Source: an uncultured Chloroflexia bacterium
GTDB lineage: Bacteria; Chloroflexota; Anaerolineae; Anaerolineales; RBG-16-64-43
DNA: 64,000 nucleotides
Assembly (NCBI GenBank): GCA_963780865.1
Contig: CAWADT010000022.1
Span: forward strand, 79,499-143,498
Reading direction: 5' to 3'
Of this stretch, positions 18,728 to 29,780 are shown piece by piece (positions within the stretch are counted from its first letter, which is position 1; every line of letters begins with the position of its first letter). The translations under genes and the position numbers were made by a program. The notes below the pieces were generated by a model, which saw only the letters and a list, made by a program, of their open reading frames with translations, had not been told where the DNA came from and made no database searches.

Positions 18728-21700
18728 TCTCGCCGCCCGATAACGGACGGCCATCCATTTCTATTTGCGCGACGCCGTGCTGGCAATGATCCGGATTCTC
18801 CACTCGGATTTCGTAGAACCCTCGCCGTACCGGTATCGGATTTGAAATCCATCCCACGCAGCCGGGATCGTCGGATCGATCCCCATCCGTCCGTTCCGGA
18901 TTCTCACGCCCAGGATTTCCTCGGTCCAGACGCGGTACATCCATCCGGCCGAACCGGTGTACCAGGACCAGCCGCCGCGTCCGGCGAGACCGCTCGTGGA
19001 ATAGACGTCCGCGGCGGTGACGTACGGTTCCAGCCCGTAGCGCCCCGCGGCCTCCGGATCGCGCGCGCGTTCCACCGGATTCAACAGGCGCAGGATTTTC
19101 TCCGCGCGGTCACCGTCTCCCTGCCGCGCCAGCGCCATCGCCAGCCACAAAGCGGCGTGCGTGTATTGGCCGCCGTTTTCCCGGACGCCGGGGGGATAGG
19201 CGCCGGTATATCCCGGGAACGGCCGGAAGGAATCGAACGGCGGATCGAAGATCAGCGCTAGTCCCGGGTCTTCTTGGACCAGGTGGGTCCACGCGGATTC
19301 GATTGCCTTCGCCGTACGTTCCGGGTCGGCGTCGCCGCTGAGCCTGGCCCACGACTGAGGCAGGGAGAATATTCTGGCCTCGGATTGAGCCGCCGTTCCC
19401 AGTTTGGTGCCGTCGTCAAAGTACGCCCGCAAATACCACTCCCCATCCCAGGCCGATTCTTCGATCTGCCGTAGAAGGGCGGTTCTTTTTTGACGATAGC
19501 CTTGGGCGAGCTCCGGTTGTGACATCGCGCCGCGAGAGTTCGGCCATTCCCCGCAGCACTTCGGCCAGGAACCAGCCCAACCAGACGCTTTCTCCCTTGC
19601 CGCCGGCGCCCACCAGGTTTAATCCATCATCCCAATCGCCCGTTCCCATGCTTGGAAGTCCGTGCGGTCCGGTCGTCATATGCCGTTCGACCGCCCGCCG
19701 GCAGTGTTCGAACAGGGTCGCATGGTCCAGGCTCGTCTCCGGTCGGCCGAAACTCTCGAGTTGATTATTTTCAAGCTGCGGCGCGGCGAGGAACGGGATC
19801 TCGGTGCGGAGGATGGCGGCGTCGCCCGTGACGCGGACATACTGCGCCGCGGCAAACGCCAGCCACAGCGAATCGTCGGAGATGCGCGTGCGCACGCCCG
19901 CGCCGCCGGGCGGCTGCCACCAATGCTGCACGTCCCCTTCCGCAAACTGCCGGCTTGCCGCGAGCAGGATGTGCTGGCGGGCCAGTTCGGGATGGGTATA
20001 CAGATGGGCCAGGCAATCCTGCAGTTGGTCGCGGAATCCGTAAGCGCCGCTGGATTGATAACTGGCGCAGCGCCCCCAGATTCGGCAACTCAAATTTTGG
20101 TACAACAGCCAGCGGTTAACGAGAAAATCCACCGAGAGCTCCGGTGTGTGAATTTCCATGGAGCCCAAGAGCTCATCCCATCGCGCCCGCGTTTCACCCA
20201 GCGCGGTCTCAAAAGCTGTTTCCCCGCGGTAACGCCCGATCAGCTCCCGGGCGGCTTCGACGGATGCGGCTTGCCCGAGCAGGCAGGTGATTTCCCGCGA
20301 TTCCCCCGGGTCCAGTTCCAGACTCAGTTGGAACGCCGCGCACGGATCCAGCCCCGCGCCCGTTCGCTGCGAGCGCCGGATTCGCTCCATCGCCGCCGGA
20401 TGGACCGGCGACCCGTTGCGTCCCAGAAAAGAGGAACGGTCGCCGCTGTAGGATTCCGGTTCCGGAGCGAGGGAGGCGAACGCCACCCGGTCCCCGAATT
20501 CCGGATCATATCGGTTTTGCGCGAGGATCGATCGGGAAAGGTCGTCCCAGCGGGTGACGACGTGCATTTGAGAATTTTCCCGATTCTCGCCCAGCGTCCA
20601 TTCCACATAATAGTTGGCCGTCAGCCGGCGGCGCCGGGTCGTGCCGTTCTTGAGCCGGAGCCTTTGCAGCTTGATCGGGTCTCCGCCGCCGGCATCGAGA
20701 GGCACCAGGATGGTGAGTTCCTGTTCTATCCCGTTGCTGTTGTGTTCGAAGATCGTGTACCCGGTTCCATGCCGGGCGCGATAGGCGGTTTCCTCGCGGA
20801 CCGGAGCGGCGGTGGGAGTCCAGAAGATTCCGGTTTCTTCATCCCGGATGTAAATCGCCTCCGACGGCGGATCCAAAACCGGATCGTTCGACCATCCCGT
20901 GAGCCGGTTGCGCTGGCTGTTCCCGGACCAGGTGCAACCGGCGCCGGTTTCGCTGACGATCGTTCCGAAATTCGGATTGGCGATCACGTTAACCCATGGT
21001 GCGGGAGTGTTGGCGTCCGGCCCAAGATAGATCGCGTATTCCCGGCCGTCGGGCGTAAAGCCGCCGAGACCGTTGAAGTAGGGAAGCTCCATGAACGGCA
21101 AAAGCGCCGAGGGTTCGCGCACCGGACGCTTTTTGACAATCGGGGACGGCAGCTCGGGAACTTCCAAATGCACTCCCAATTGCGCCGCCAGCGCGCCGCG
21201 CGCGGCCACCAGGACTACGCTCGAGGCCGCCTTGAGCAGACTTAGATCGTCCTTCGGGATCTGGTCGGCGTTGCGCAGGAAAATTCCCCCCGGTTGATCG
21301 ATCCCGGTGTACATCGCGTAGGCCCGGATGATTTGTTCGAGCTCCTCCTTGAGCGGCCGTTCGTACCCGCCCACTTCCTCATTGAGGATGACCAGATCCG
21401 CCCACAAACCGTGTTTTCGCCAGAAGCTGTGGGCCTGGAGCAATTGCCGGATCAACCCCAGATCGCGCGCGTCGCCGATGGTCGCGGTGGCGATCGGCAA
21501 ATCCCCAGAGATCCCATAGGGCCACAAGCCGGCTTGGCCCCTGCCGTTTTTTTCCAACTGGTCCGGCGAGGTCCGCAGAAGCGGGTTCACATACAACAGA
21601 TGGCTGGAGAGCATTTGAAATTGGCGGGCGTCGTCGGGCTGGATGCGCAGCGACCGCAATTCGAGTTGGGCCGACGCCCAGGCGAAATCCATCGCTCGAT

Positions 21701-24700
21701 CGATCGCATGCGGATCGCCGTATTTTCCCGCGAGGGAGAGGACTTTTTCGCGCGTGTCGCCGGCGGCGATCACCAGGGAAACTTGCACGCGCTGGCCGGG
21801 CTCGAGCGCAACGCTTTCGCGGATACTCAGGATCGGGTCCAGAATAAAACCCTGGCTGTTGCCGGGCGTCTGGGTGAGCCCCAGCGGCTGGGCCAGTGTT
21901 CTCCCGCGGCCGATAAATCGGCGGCGGTCGGTTTCGAATTGCATCTTCCCCTTCGGGCGGCTGGGGCAGGGTCCACCGGTGGGCGATATACACTGGGAGC
22001 TCGTCGGCGCTCCGTTTCCTCCGGTGGGCGATCAGCGTGCGGAGGGAAGGCACCACCTCGGTTTGGATGAACAATTTTTGAAAGGCCGGATGCTGCAGAT
22101 CGGCGTTGTGCGGCGCCATCGCCAACTCGATGTAGCTTGAGAGCTCCAGGCTCCGGGCGAACAACGAACGGTTGATCAGCGTTATCCTGCGGATCTCTAC
22201 GTCGTCCTCGGACGAGACGAATACCTCCGTGGCGGTGTCGATGCCGTTGTCTCTCCGCCGGAAAACTGCGCGGTCCAGGGCGAACAGGACGGAGAAATCC
22301 TCCGGAATCTCGCCGCCTACCGGTTGATACGTAGTAGACCAAATCTTCTCCGTGGCCGGGTCGCGCAGATAACAGAAGGTGCCCCAGTGATCGCGCGTGC
22401 GATCCGACCGCCAACGGGTGATATCGCACTGTCCCCAGCGGCTGTAGCCTCCGCCGGAGTTGGTGAGCATCACGCTGTAGCCTTCGTGGCCCAGGAGCAG
22501 CGTTCGGGGCCGCAGCGTATGCGGCGTGGTGAAGCGGGTCTCGGAGACGGCGGTTTCAGAGACGGGCGACGGAGCAGCCACGCGGTCCCGCGAGGGCGCG
22601 ATGTAGGCCGGGGGCTGCAGGGGAATCCGCTCATGCAGAAGCAGCTCCGACGCCTGAAGGAGCGGGGTGGAATGGAAATACCGCTGAATTGGATTTTCTA
22701 AAAGGAAATCCGCAAGCGCCAGGAAGCACATCCCCTGGTGGTGCGCCATGTACGTCCGGATGTCGATCCCCCGCCGGCCCCTGCGATTCGGGCGGCGGCT
22801 GAAATCAATCGCATCGAAGAATCCCATTTCGCCAAGCAGCCCGACGCTCGCCAGGCGGCGGAGATTCCGAACCGACTCCTTCGGGGCGATGTTTACCGCC
22901 AGCAGGGATGCGTAAGGCGCCACCACGGTTTCCAATTCCTGCGTGCGCTTCAACCCGAGCGCAGGCACGCCGAACGCCTTGTATTGATAGGTCTTATTGA
23001 TGTCCAAGTCCCCGAACGCAGATTCGGACATGCCCCAGGGAATTCCCAAGCTGCGGCCGTAGGCGATTTGGATTCCGACTGCGTCTTTCACCGCCCGGTC
23101 GAGCAGGGTGTTCTCAAAGGATCGTTGAAAGAGAAGCGGCATCAAATATTCGAACATGGTTCCGGTCCAGCTGACGAGCACGCGCCGCCGGCCGATGGTC
23201 CGGAATAACCGGCCAAGGGAAAACCAATGTTCGATCGGGACTTCGCCGCGGGCAATGGCGATAAAACTCCCCAGCCGGGATTCGCTCGCCAGAAGATCGT
23301 AGTACGAGGTGTCGAGCCGCCCTTCGGTTACGTTGTACCCGATGGAAAACAACCTTCGATCGCGGTCATACAGGAAGCGCATGTCGACCGCTTCATAGAC
23401 GCCGCGTACGTCCCGGGAAAGCTGGCGCTCCAGGCCCAGCATCTCGCCGGAGAGCCATTTCGAAACGGAAAAGGATTGCACCACCCGATCGATCCATTCC
23501 CGCAGGGACGGTTCCGGTTCGGGAGCGCCATCGCGCATGGAGGCGAGCGCGAGCATAGCGGGAACATTCCCGGCGGCCAGATCGGAAAGGCTGGGCGTCT
23601 GGCATAGCGCATCCTGCAAGATCGGAAACCCGGCTGCCGGTTGGGATCCTATATTCCTCGGCGAGAATTTCCATCCATTGAAAATACCGATCGGCGAGAA
23701 GGATCCAGGCCTTTACTTGGTCCACCAATTGATGAATCCAGGCGGCCGTTTCCGAGCTTGCGGCAGCCTCCTTGAGAATCCCATCCGCCAGGGAATCCGT
23801 ATCCCTCCCGATTTGGCGCAGCAGCCGCAGCGCGTCGATCGCCCGTTCCGGCGGTTGGTTCAGCGCTTGCGCCAATCGGCGCAAGTGGGCGGGTTTGTTT
23901 CCCCGCCCGAATTTCCTCCGCATACGTTTGCCGGAGGATGGTTACGGTGTCGGCCAGACCGTCGAAGACGCTGGCGTCCAGGATCGGCTTTTGCATCTGC
24001 TCGGAAAGACCCGTCTCCAGCGAGTACAAGGAGGCCAGCAGGTTCCCGCTGTCGACGGTGGATACATAGCGGGGTTCGAGCGGGCGCAGGGTTTGGAGAT
24101 CGTACCAATTGAGCAGGTGGCCGTTGAACCGTTCGAGCTTTTTAACGGTCTGAACCGAGCGGGAAAGGGTTTGAACCGCCTGATCAATCGTGAGGTATCC
24201 GAAGCTCCGGGCCGCGAGCGCGCTGATTAATCCCAGGCCGATATTGGTCGGGCTGGTGCGCATGGCCATCTGGTTCTGGAAGGAAATTTGATAGTTGTCC
24301 GGCGGCAGCCAGGAGGTGGGTTCGCCGAGGCATTCGGAAAAGAAGCGCCAGGTCCGCCGGGCGACGATCCGCAGGAATCCGCGGTCCCCCGCGGAAAGGG
24401 AAAGGCGTCTGGATTTTGGCCGGAAGCGTGTGTTCAGAATCCAAACGAGTAATGGGGAGACGAACCATAAAAGGAGCCAAGGGGCGGCGGACGCCGCGTC
24501 CGACAATCTCCACCGCACAATGGCCCCGAAGCCGATCGCGCTCAACGCGGCATACGGAGTCAGGGAAAGAATGAGCGATCCCGTCTGGCTCAGGGCCCGC
24601 CGTCGAATGACCTGGGCCGAAGTCCAGTGGAGCAGCTTGCGATGGGAAACAAATTGTCTATATAAAGCTTTGGCGATGGCGTCGGACGCGAGCCAGGCCT

Positions 24701-27700
24701 GGTGCGGAAGCAGCGCCGCGTCGGCCATCCCGCGGAGCAGATCGTGCGCCAGCATGGAGGGCGAGAGTTTCGCCGCTTCCTGCCGGCTGGTGATCGCGTT
24801 AAGCATCCGGCTCAGCGGATGAAAAAAAATCGCCGCGCCCATGACGAGCGTCGCCGCCCAGCCCGCCGCCGGCGACGCGGCCCAGGCGGCCGCCAGCAGA
24901 AGCACGCCCGTCATCGGCACCAGGCTCCGGCGCAAATTATCGAAAATCTTCCAGCGGCTTATCGCCGAGAGCGTGTTGGACCCCCGCCGCCCGCCCGCCA
25001 GGGGCACGCGGGGCAGCAGCCAGTCGATGATCTGCCAGTCGCCGCGAATCCAGCGGTGCTGCCGCCGGCTCGAATCAAAATAGGTCCGGGGGAATTCGTC
25101 GAATAACTCGATATCGCTGGCCAGGCCGGTGCGGACGTGCTCTCCCTCGATCAGGTCGTGGCTGAGCAGCCGTTCCTCCGGGAAGCGGCCGGAGAGGATC
25201 CGGCTGAAGGCGCGCAGGTCGTAAATCCCTTTGCCGTTATAAGAGCCTTGCCCGGTGAGATCCTGGTACACGTCGGAGACCGCTTTCGTGTATGGATCGA
25301 TCCCGATCGGGTCGGAGAACAGCCGGCTGAACGGCGATGCCAGCATGCTGGGCAGCGAAGGGCTGACGCGCGGTTGGAGGATAGTATAGGTGCCGGCCAG
25401 GATATGGCCTTGTTCATCAAACCGGGGACGGTTGAGCGGATGCGCGAGCGTCCCGATCATCCGCCGCGCGGTTCCAGGCGGAAGCTGGGTATCGCTGTCG
25501 AGCGTGATGATGAAGCGGATGCCCTCGAGCCGGTCCGCATTTCCCGCCCGCAGCAGTTGCGGGGCGTCTTTGGGCCGGGTATTTTCCAGGAATTGATGCA
25601 GCTCCTCGAGTTTTCCGCGCTTCCGTTCGCGCCCGATGTAGCATCCTTCGGACGGACTCCATTGCCGCTCGCGATGAAATAGGAAGAAACGATCTTCCTC
25701 GTAGCGGCGGTTCAAAGCTTGCAGCGCTGTCACCGCTTGCCCCAGGAGTGGCCCATCCGATTCCCGGTGCGGGGTATCCGAATCGTCGAAATCCGAAAAG
25801 AGCGAGAAGAAAATATTCGGATCCTTGTTTCCCAGGAAGCGGATTTCCAGTTTTTCCGCTTCGACGCGGATGGTCGCGGCATCCGTCAGAAGGATCGGCA
25901 CTACCACCAGCGTGCGGAATTCGGCGGGAACACCCGAGGGGTCAAAATCCATTTTCGGGAGCGCCCGGGGGGGAAGGAAGCGCGTGAAAAAATAATTCAG
26001 AACCTGAACGGCCACCTGGCTGGCAGGCACGACGAACAGCAGGGAGAGAATCACCCGCAGCGCGGGAGACGGTTGCCTCAGGCAGAGGAGGACGATCGGC
26101 GCATACACCAGCGTGAAGGCTACGCCAAGGCCCGCGAAGAAGATTGTGCTATGGCGCGACGCCACCCAGCGGCGGTAGAAACATCGGATCTTGCGGTGGC
26201 ATCCGAGCCGGCGCGAAAGGTTGGCCCGGCCGTCGCCCACCAGATAATATCCCACGTGGCAGAGCCGGTCGTCCGCGGGCGCGCCGGCTTCCGCGGCGGC
26301 GGCGCACAGCTCGAGCACCCGTTCCGCCACGGTCAGTTCCGGCAGCCGCGATTCCCGCGACGCCTCTTCGACGGCCCCGCGGTATTTATCGCGGGTGTCG
26401 AAATCCATTTGCGGGTAAATGTCCGCCGGATCGTTGCCCAAAAGGCGGTCGACGCTGCTGGCCTCCTCGAAGATCTTTCTCCAATCCATCAGGGCGAGCT
26501 GGCGGAGGCTTGTGAACGCGTTCCCGACGGAAATCTGATCCTGGGTTTGGCGGTTTTGTTCGCGGAGAGTCAGATTCGCTCAGCGGTTGCGGCAAAACGC
26601 GTTCGAGCCAGTTCTGGACCAGCGCCAGCGCGTTGGCTTCGTCGTATAGGTAGCTGATCAACTGGGAACAAAAATATTCGCTGGGGGCGGGAAGGTTCTC
26701 GGTCAGCTTCGCCAGGATCGAGAACAGCTGGCCGGGAGCCCGCCGGTCGGCCGAGATCAGCCGGTTGGCCCAGAAACCCGCCGTCTCCCGCTCCCGCAAT
26801 TCGTTCAGCGTTCTATCGGCCAGGTATTGGATGTGTTCGATCAAGGCGATGCGCAGCATCTGAGGCAGAGCCCATAACTCGCCGATGGCGAGCGGCTGGA
26901 CGGACTGATAGGCTTCGAGGAAGGAGTGCAGATTTTCCCGGTCGAGCCGCAAATCGACGTGGGCGACGAGCTCTTTGGCCAGCGCGTAGATGCGCGGCAG
27001 GTTCAGGTACGGATTACGATCCAGCAGCGGGAGTTGACGGAAATACCGCCGGGGAAGATTGGCCCGGATGTCACGGGCGTTGCTCTCGATGATGTATTCG
27101 TTGTCGAGGATCCATTCCGCCGAGGCGGTGGTCGGCTGTTCCAGGCGGCCGGCGTCCGCCAGATCGAGGCAAATTCGATGGAGGGAGTCCGCGGCCTTCT
27201 CGACCCGGCGCAGCAATTGTTCGCCGCGAGCCGGTTTTTCCAGCAGTCGATGCTCCTGGGCGAGCTTGCGGGCAAATTGCTGAAGCTGAGCTTGCGGCAG
27301 CAGCGCGGTGGCTCCCGGATCTTCAGCGAGCTCGGCTTTCCGGGGAGGGAAGAGCAGAAAGATCGTAGGCTGGGTTTCCCCGCTTTCCCGGATGATGATC
27401 TGCGGATTGCGGAAGGTATGCAGCGGCGCCTGGAGCAGCAGAACGCTCTCGCCGGCCAGCAGCCACTGAGCGTGCTCGGCCAATACCCGGCGGTCGATGC
27501 CGTATCGGGACCGCCGGAAACCTATCCCTCCGAAAACCGCTCCCAAACCGGCGCCCGCCAGAATGGGAATCCAGAGCGGGTAGGAGAGACCGGGATTCGC
27601 CGCCGATCGGGAGAGCAGCGAATAGAGCAGACCGGCCGCTGCGGAGAGGAGGCCGGCCAACAGGACGATCAGGAGCAGGCGCAGCCGGGCAAAAGTGTCC

Positions 27701-27918
27701 CTCACCCGCACGGATCCATCAGAGAGGCGGTGCAAGACGGCCGCGCGTGAAAGGCCATTCTTCTCCAATTCCCAAACGGCTTTCTCCGCATTTCGGTCGT
27801 TTAAAAAGTAAGCCGCCAGAAGGCTGAATCCGCCTTTTTGTTTTTCCGCGACGATGCGCGGCATGGTTTTCAATACCGACTCGGGTTTCATGGCGCTGCC
27901 CTTCACTGTCCGGTCCAC
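18672..27918 (-). pseudogene. Cyclic beta-1,2-glucan synthase-like giant gene (N-terminal membrane region + GT84-like + GH94-like), split into 7 ORFs by six 1-nt frame shifts
   Basis: The same-strand ORFs 26386..27918, 23649..26489, 23393..23923, 21379..23619, 19416..21944, 18761..19525 and 18672..18944 read as one ~3,050-codon protein. This requires single-nt corrections near 26575-26586, 23894-23904, 23640-23655, 21945-21955, 19526-19535 and 18820-18822. Motifs are AEWILDNEYII; SVGNAFTSLRQLALMDWRKIFEE, which is recovered across junction 1; TLDSDTQLP and RWIRGDWQ; and the GH94-like RENGGQYTHAALW and GRGGWSWYTGSAGWMY. Confidence 0.85.
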
Positions 27919-27992
27919 AGTATATCCTGCCGGATCAGGAGGTCAAAACCGCCGGAATGATTTATCCGGCATTCGCGAGATGAAGTGTTCCC

Positions 27993-28021
27993 GGCAGCTT
28001 GCCCCGCACTCCTCTTTATTA
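27993..28021. repeat. Left half of palindrome family A (ggcagcttgccccgcactc + loop ctctttatta), split by a 2,006-bp insertion
   Basis: Compare the intact copy at 43989-44043. The right half is at 30028-30053, and TTA is present at both junctions (28019-21 and 30028-30). Confidence 0.8.
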
Positions 28022-28166
28022 GGTTTCAAAACCACTGCCTCTGGCAGTGAGTGGAATGAAAAGGTTCTACCGATGGAGTAGGCATCATGACCCATCCCAT
28101 CTCTCCTCCCCCGGCCCGAGCACGGCTCGGGCCGTCCCCCTCCTCCCTTCCCGTATTACGGGAAGG
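28022..28166. repeat. Left part of a ~390-bp nested element: terminal hairpin B (28033-28049, CACTGCC-tct-GGCAGTG) and left arm plus apex of palindrome C (28091-28166)
   Basis: The left arm of palindrome C is cccatcccatctctcct...tccccctcctcccttcccgta. It carries an extra 23-nt hairpin, CGGCCCGAG-cacgg-CTCGGGCCG, at 28112-28134. The apex is t, followed by tacgggaaGG. Confidence 0.75.
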
Positions 28167-28174
28167 ACATACTC

Positions 28175-28180
28175 TGTCAA
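28175..28180 (-). promoter_or_regulatory. Outward-facing -35 hexamer TTGACA, 8 nt from the IS right end (transposase orientation)
   Basis: The minus strand reads ...catcTTGACAgagtatgt| and then the element ends. It pairs with TAGAAT at 29773-29768 only after circularisation. Confidence 0.6.
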
Positions 28181-28305
28181 GATGCAGAAATTGAAAAAGG
28201 AGCGATTCTCTCTCGGAAACAAAACTGGGATTTTGTCCGATGGGCCAGGAACACAACGGTGCTTGTCCAAAACGCCGCTCTCGTTCCGAAATGGGTTGGA
28301 AAGGA

Positions 28306-29523
28306 TCAGGATATCGGGATTTTATCCGCCCGGTCTTTCAAGTGCCGGTTTTCGTCATAAAGTGTTTGTGTTTGCCAAAGCCTCCAGAGGACTGACAACC
28401 AGCGGTTGGCTAGGCAACGGTAGGCCTGCGCATCGCTCGAACAGCGCAATCGCACCTGTTGGAAGTACATTTGCGCCCAAGGCGATTCCGGCAGGGAGGC
28501 ACGCGCCCATTGTTGCGCGATGGTGCGGAACTCATGATCGCAGGAACGGCGGAATTTGACGTACCTCCGTTTCCCGCTCGCATCGGTCACCGGACATGTT
28601 CCCGCCAGCATCTGCAGCGAAGAGGGAGAAGGAAACCGGGAAAGATCTTCCCCCACCTTCGCCAGAAGTGCCGGAGCCAGATAGGCACCGGCCCCCGGCA
28701 GACTGGAAAATACCGGCGCCAAGGAGTGCTGTTCGAACAAGGGCTTGAGATCTTTCAGCGCCTGATATTTAGCGCGGACCAAAGCCAAGGTTGTCTCGGA
28801 GGTATGGACAATGACATTCCGAAACGCCTCCGCCGTATCCGAATCAGCATGGATCGCATTTTCCTGCAATCGGGCGAAACGCGAAGCCAACTTCCGGGGA
28901 GCGGGATACCGGTGCTGGCGGGCGAATTGAAGAAAGGCTTCCCATGTCAGCTGGGAGGCTTCTTGCGGGGTGGGAAAAAGTCTCAGGAAATGCAGGGAAA
29001 TCTGGGCATCCAGGTTGCAAAACAGTGTGGCGGCAGACGGGAAACAACGCAAGAGCACATCCCGCAGGCGGTTGGTTTGCCGAACGATATCGCGGGTGAG
29101 ATTGCCGATATGCCTTACCTGGATCTGCACCCGGCGGAGGGTTGAGCTTCCCGGAGACCAGGGCTGCAGGCGTTGCCGTTTGGTGCGCACCAGATCGGCT
29201 ATGATTTCCGCATCCCCTGGATCGGACTTGGCCCCGCTGCTAGTGCGCGTCTTTCGTTCGGCTTTGACCCGGTTGGGTGGGGCCACCCAAATGTGGGTGA
29301 AACCATTCGCCCAAAGGAAATCAATCAGAAGGGTGTACGAGCACTCGATGGCAAGGAAACAATCCTCCGGATCGGCTCCCAATCCGCGGGTTCGTTCCAC
29401 CAGGAGAGCGAAACCCGCTGCGGAATGGGGGATTTGGAATTTTGCCAGCAGGCTTCCTTCCTGGTTCTGGAAGCAAATATCATGTTTGGATCGGCTCCAG
29501 TCGATTCCTATGTACAATTGCAT
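28306..29523 (-). CDS. IS110-family (DEDD / RuvC-like + Tnp_20-like) transposase/recombinase
   Basis: 405 aa from ATG 29523, which is preceded by AAGGAGG. The sequence starts MQLYIGIDWSRSKHDICF. It continues with ...GAKSDPGDAEIIADL... and ...FSSLPGAGAYLAPALLAKVGEDLSRFPSPSSLQMLAGTCPVTDASGKR. It then shows ...SCDHEFRTIAQQWA... and ...YRCLANRWLSVLW. Confidence 0.92.
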   Translation of the reverse strand: MQLYIGIDWSRSKHDICFQNQEGSLLAKFQIPHSAAGFALLVERTRGLGADPEDCFLAIECSYTLLIDFLWANGFTHIWVAPPNRVKAERKTRTSSGAKSDPGDAEIIADLVRTKRQRLQPWSPGSSTLRRVQIQVRHIGNLTRDIVRQTNRLRDVLLRCFPSAATLFCNLDAQISLHFLRLFPTPQEASQLTWEAFLQFARQHRYPAPRKLASRFARLQENAIHADSDTAEAFRNVIVHTSETTLALVRAKYQALKDLKPLFEQHSLAPVFSSLPGAGAYLAPALLAKVGEDLSRFPSPSSLQMLAGTCPVTDASGKRRYVKFRRSCDHEFRTIAQQWARASLPESPWAQMYFQQVRLRCSSDAQAYRCLANRWLSVLWRLWQTQTLYDENRHLKDRADKIPIS

Positions 29524-29569
29524 GAGGGCCTCCTTATGGCGGAACGAGAGGTCCACCAGCACGGCCGAT

Positions 29570-29761
29570 CGGCTGTATCCCTGTTATGGCGCTAGTCGCG
29601 CAACATACTGTCGTCAGTCCCAATTCGGCGAACTTGGGAGACGGTCCTTCCCGGGCGCTCAAAGCGCAGAGGGGGGGTGGTCTTTTTCCCCAAGTCTGTG
29701 ACCGGTGGGTATGGCTTGGCTACGGACAAGCACGCACGCAGCCATATACCACCGGTCGCCT
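29570..29761 (-). ncRNA. Candidate bridge (guide) RNA in the IS110 left end: 5' stem-loop, target-binding loop, donor-binding loop
   Basis: On the minus strand there is a 5' stem ACCGGTGGTATATGGC...GCCATACCCACCGGT. Two internal loops follow, each built around a GCGC-N5-GCGC hairpin. Loop 1 strands are CCCCCTC (29675-29669) and CGGGAAGG (29653-29646). Loop 2 strands are AGTATGT (29609-29603) and TAACAGG (29586-29580). See the findings for the matches to the ends and the target. The extent of the RNA is approximate. Confidence 0.6.
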
Positions 29762-29767
29762 TTTTTT

Positions 29768-29773
29768 ATTCTA
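29768..29773 (-). promoter_or_regulatory. -10 hexamer TAGAAT, 7 nt inside the IS left end
   Basis: The minus strand reads |tgttagtTAGAATaaaaaaaggcgacc. It would direct transcription into the structured left-end RNA and the transposase gene. Confidence 0.55.
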
Positions 29774-29780
29774 ACTAACA

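Larger units (their letters stand above)
28167..29780 (-). mobile_element. IS110-family insertion sequence (1,614 bp; no terminal inverted repeats; flanked by GG at 28165-66 and 29781-82)
   Basis: Removing 28167-29782 restores the right arm of palindrome C (tacgggaaGGgaggagggga t aggagaggtgggatggg), which is complementary to the left arm. The element contains a DEDD-type transposase, a 257-nt 5' non-coding end and a 139-nt 3' end. Confidence 0.9.

Noticed and set aside
18672-27918. Seven glucan-synthase ORFs considered as separate genes or as programmed ribosomal frameshifting
   Set aside because: Conserved motifs run straight across each junction. No slippery heptamers or downstream structures recur at the sites. 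The shifts go in both directions, and the fragment boundaries do not coincide with domain boundaries.
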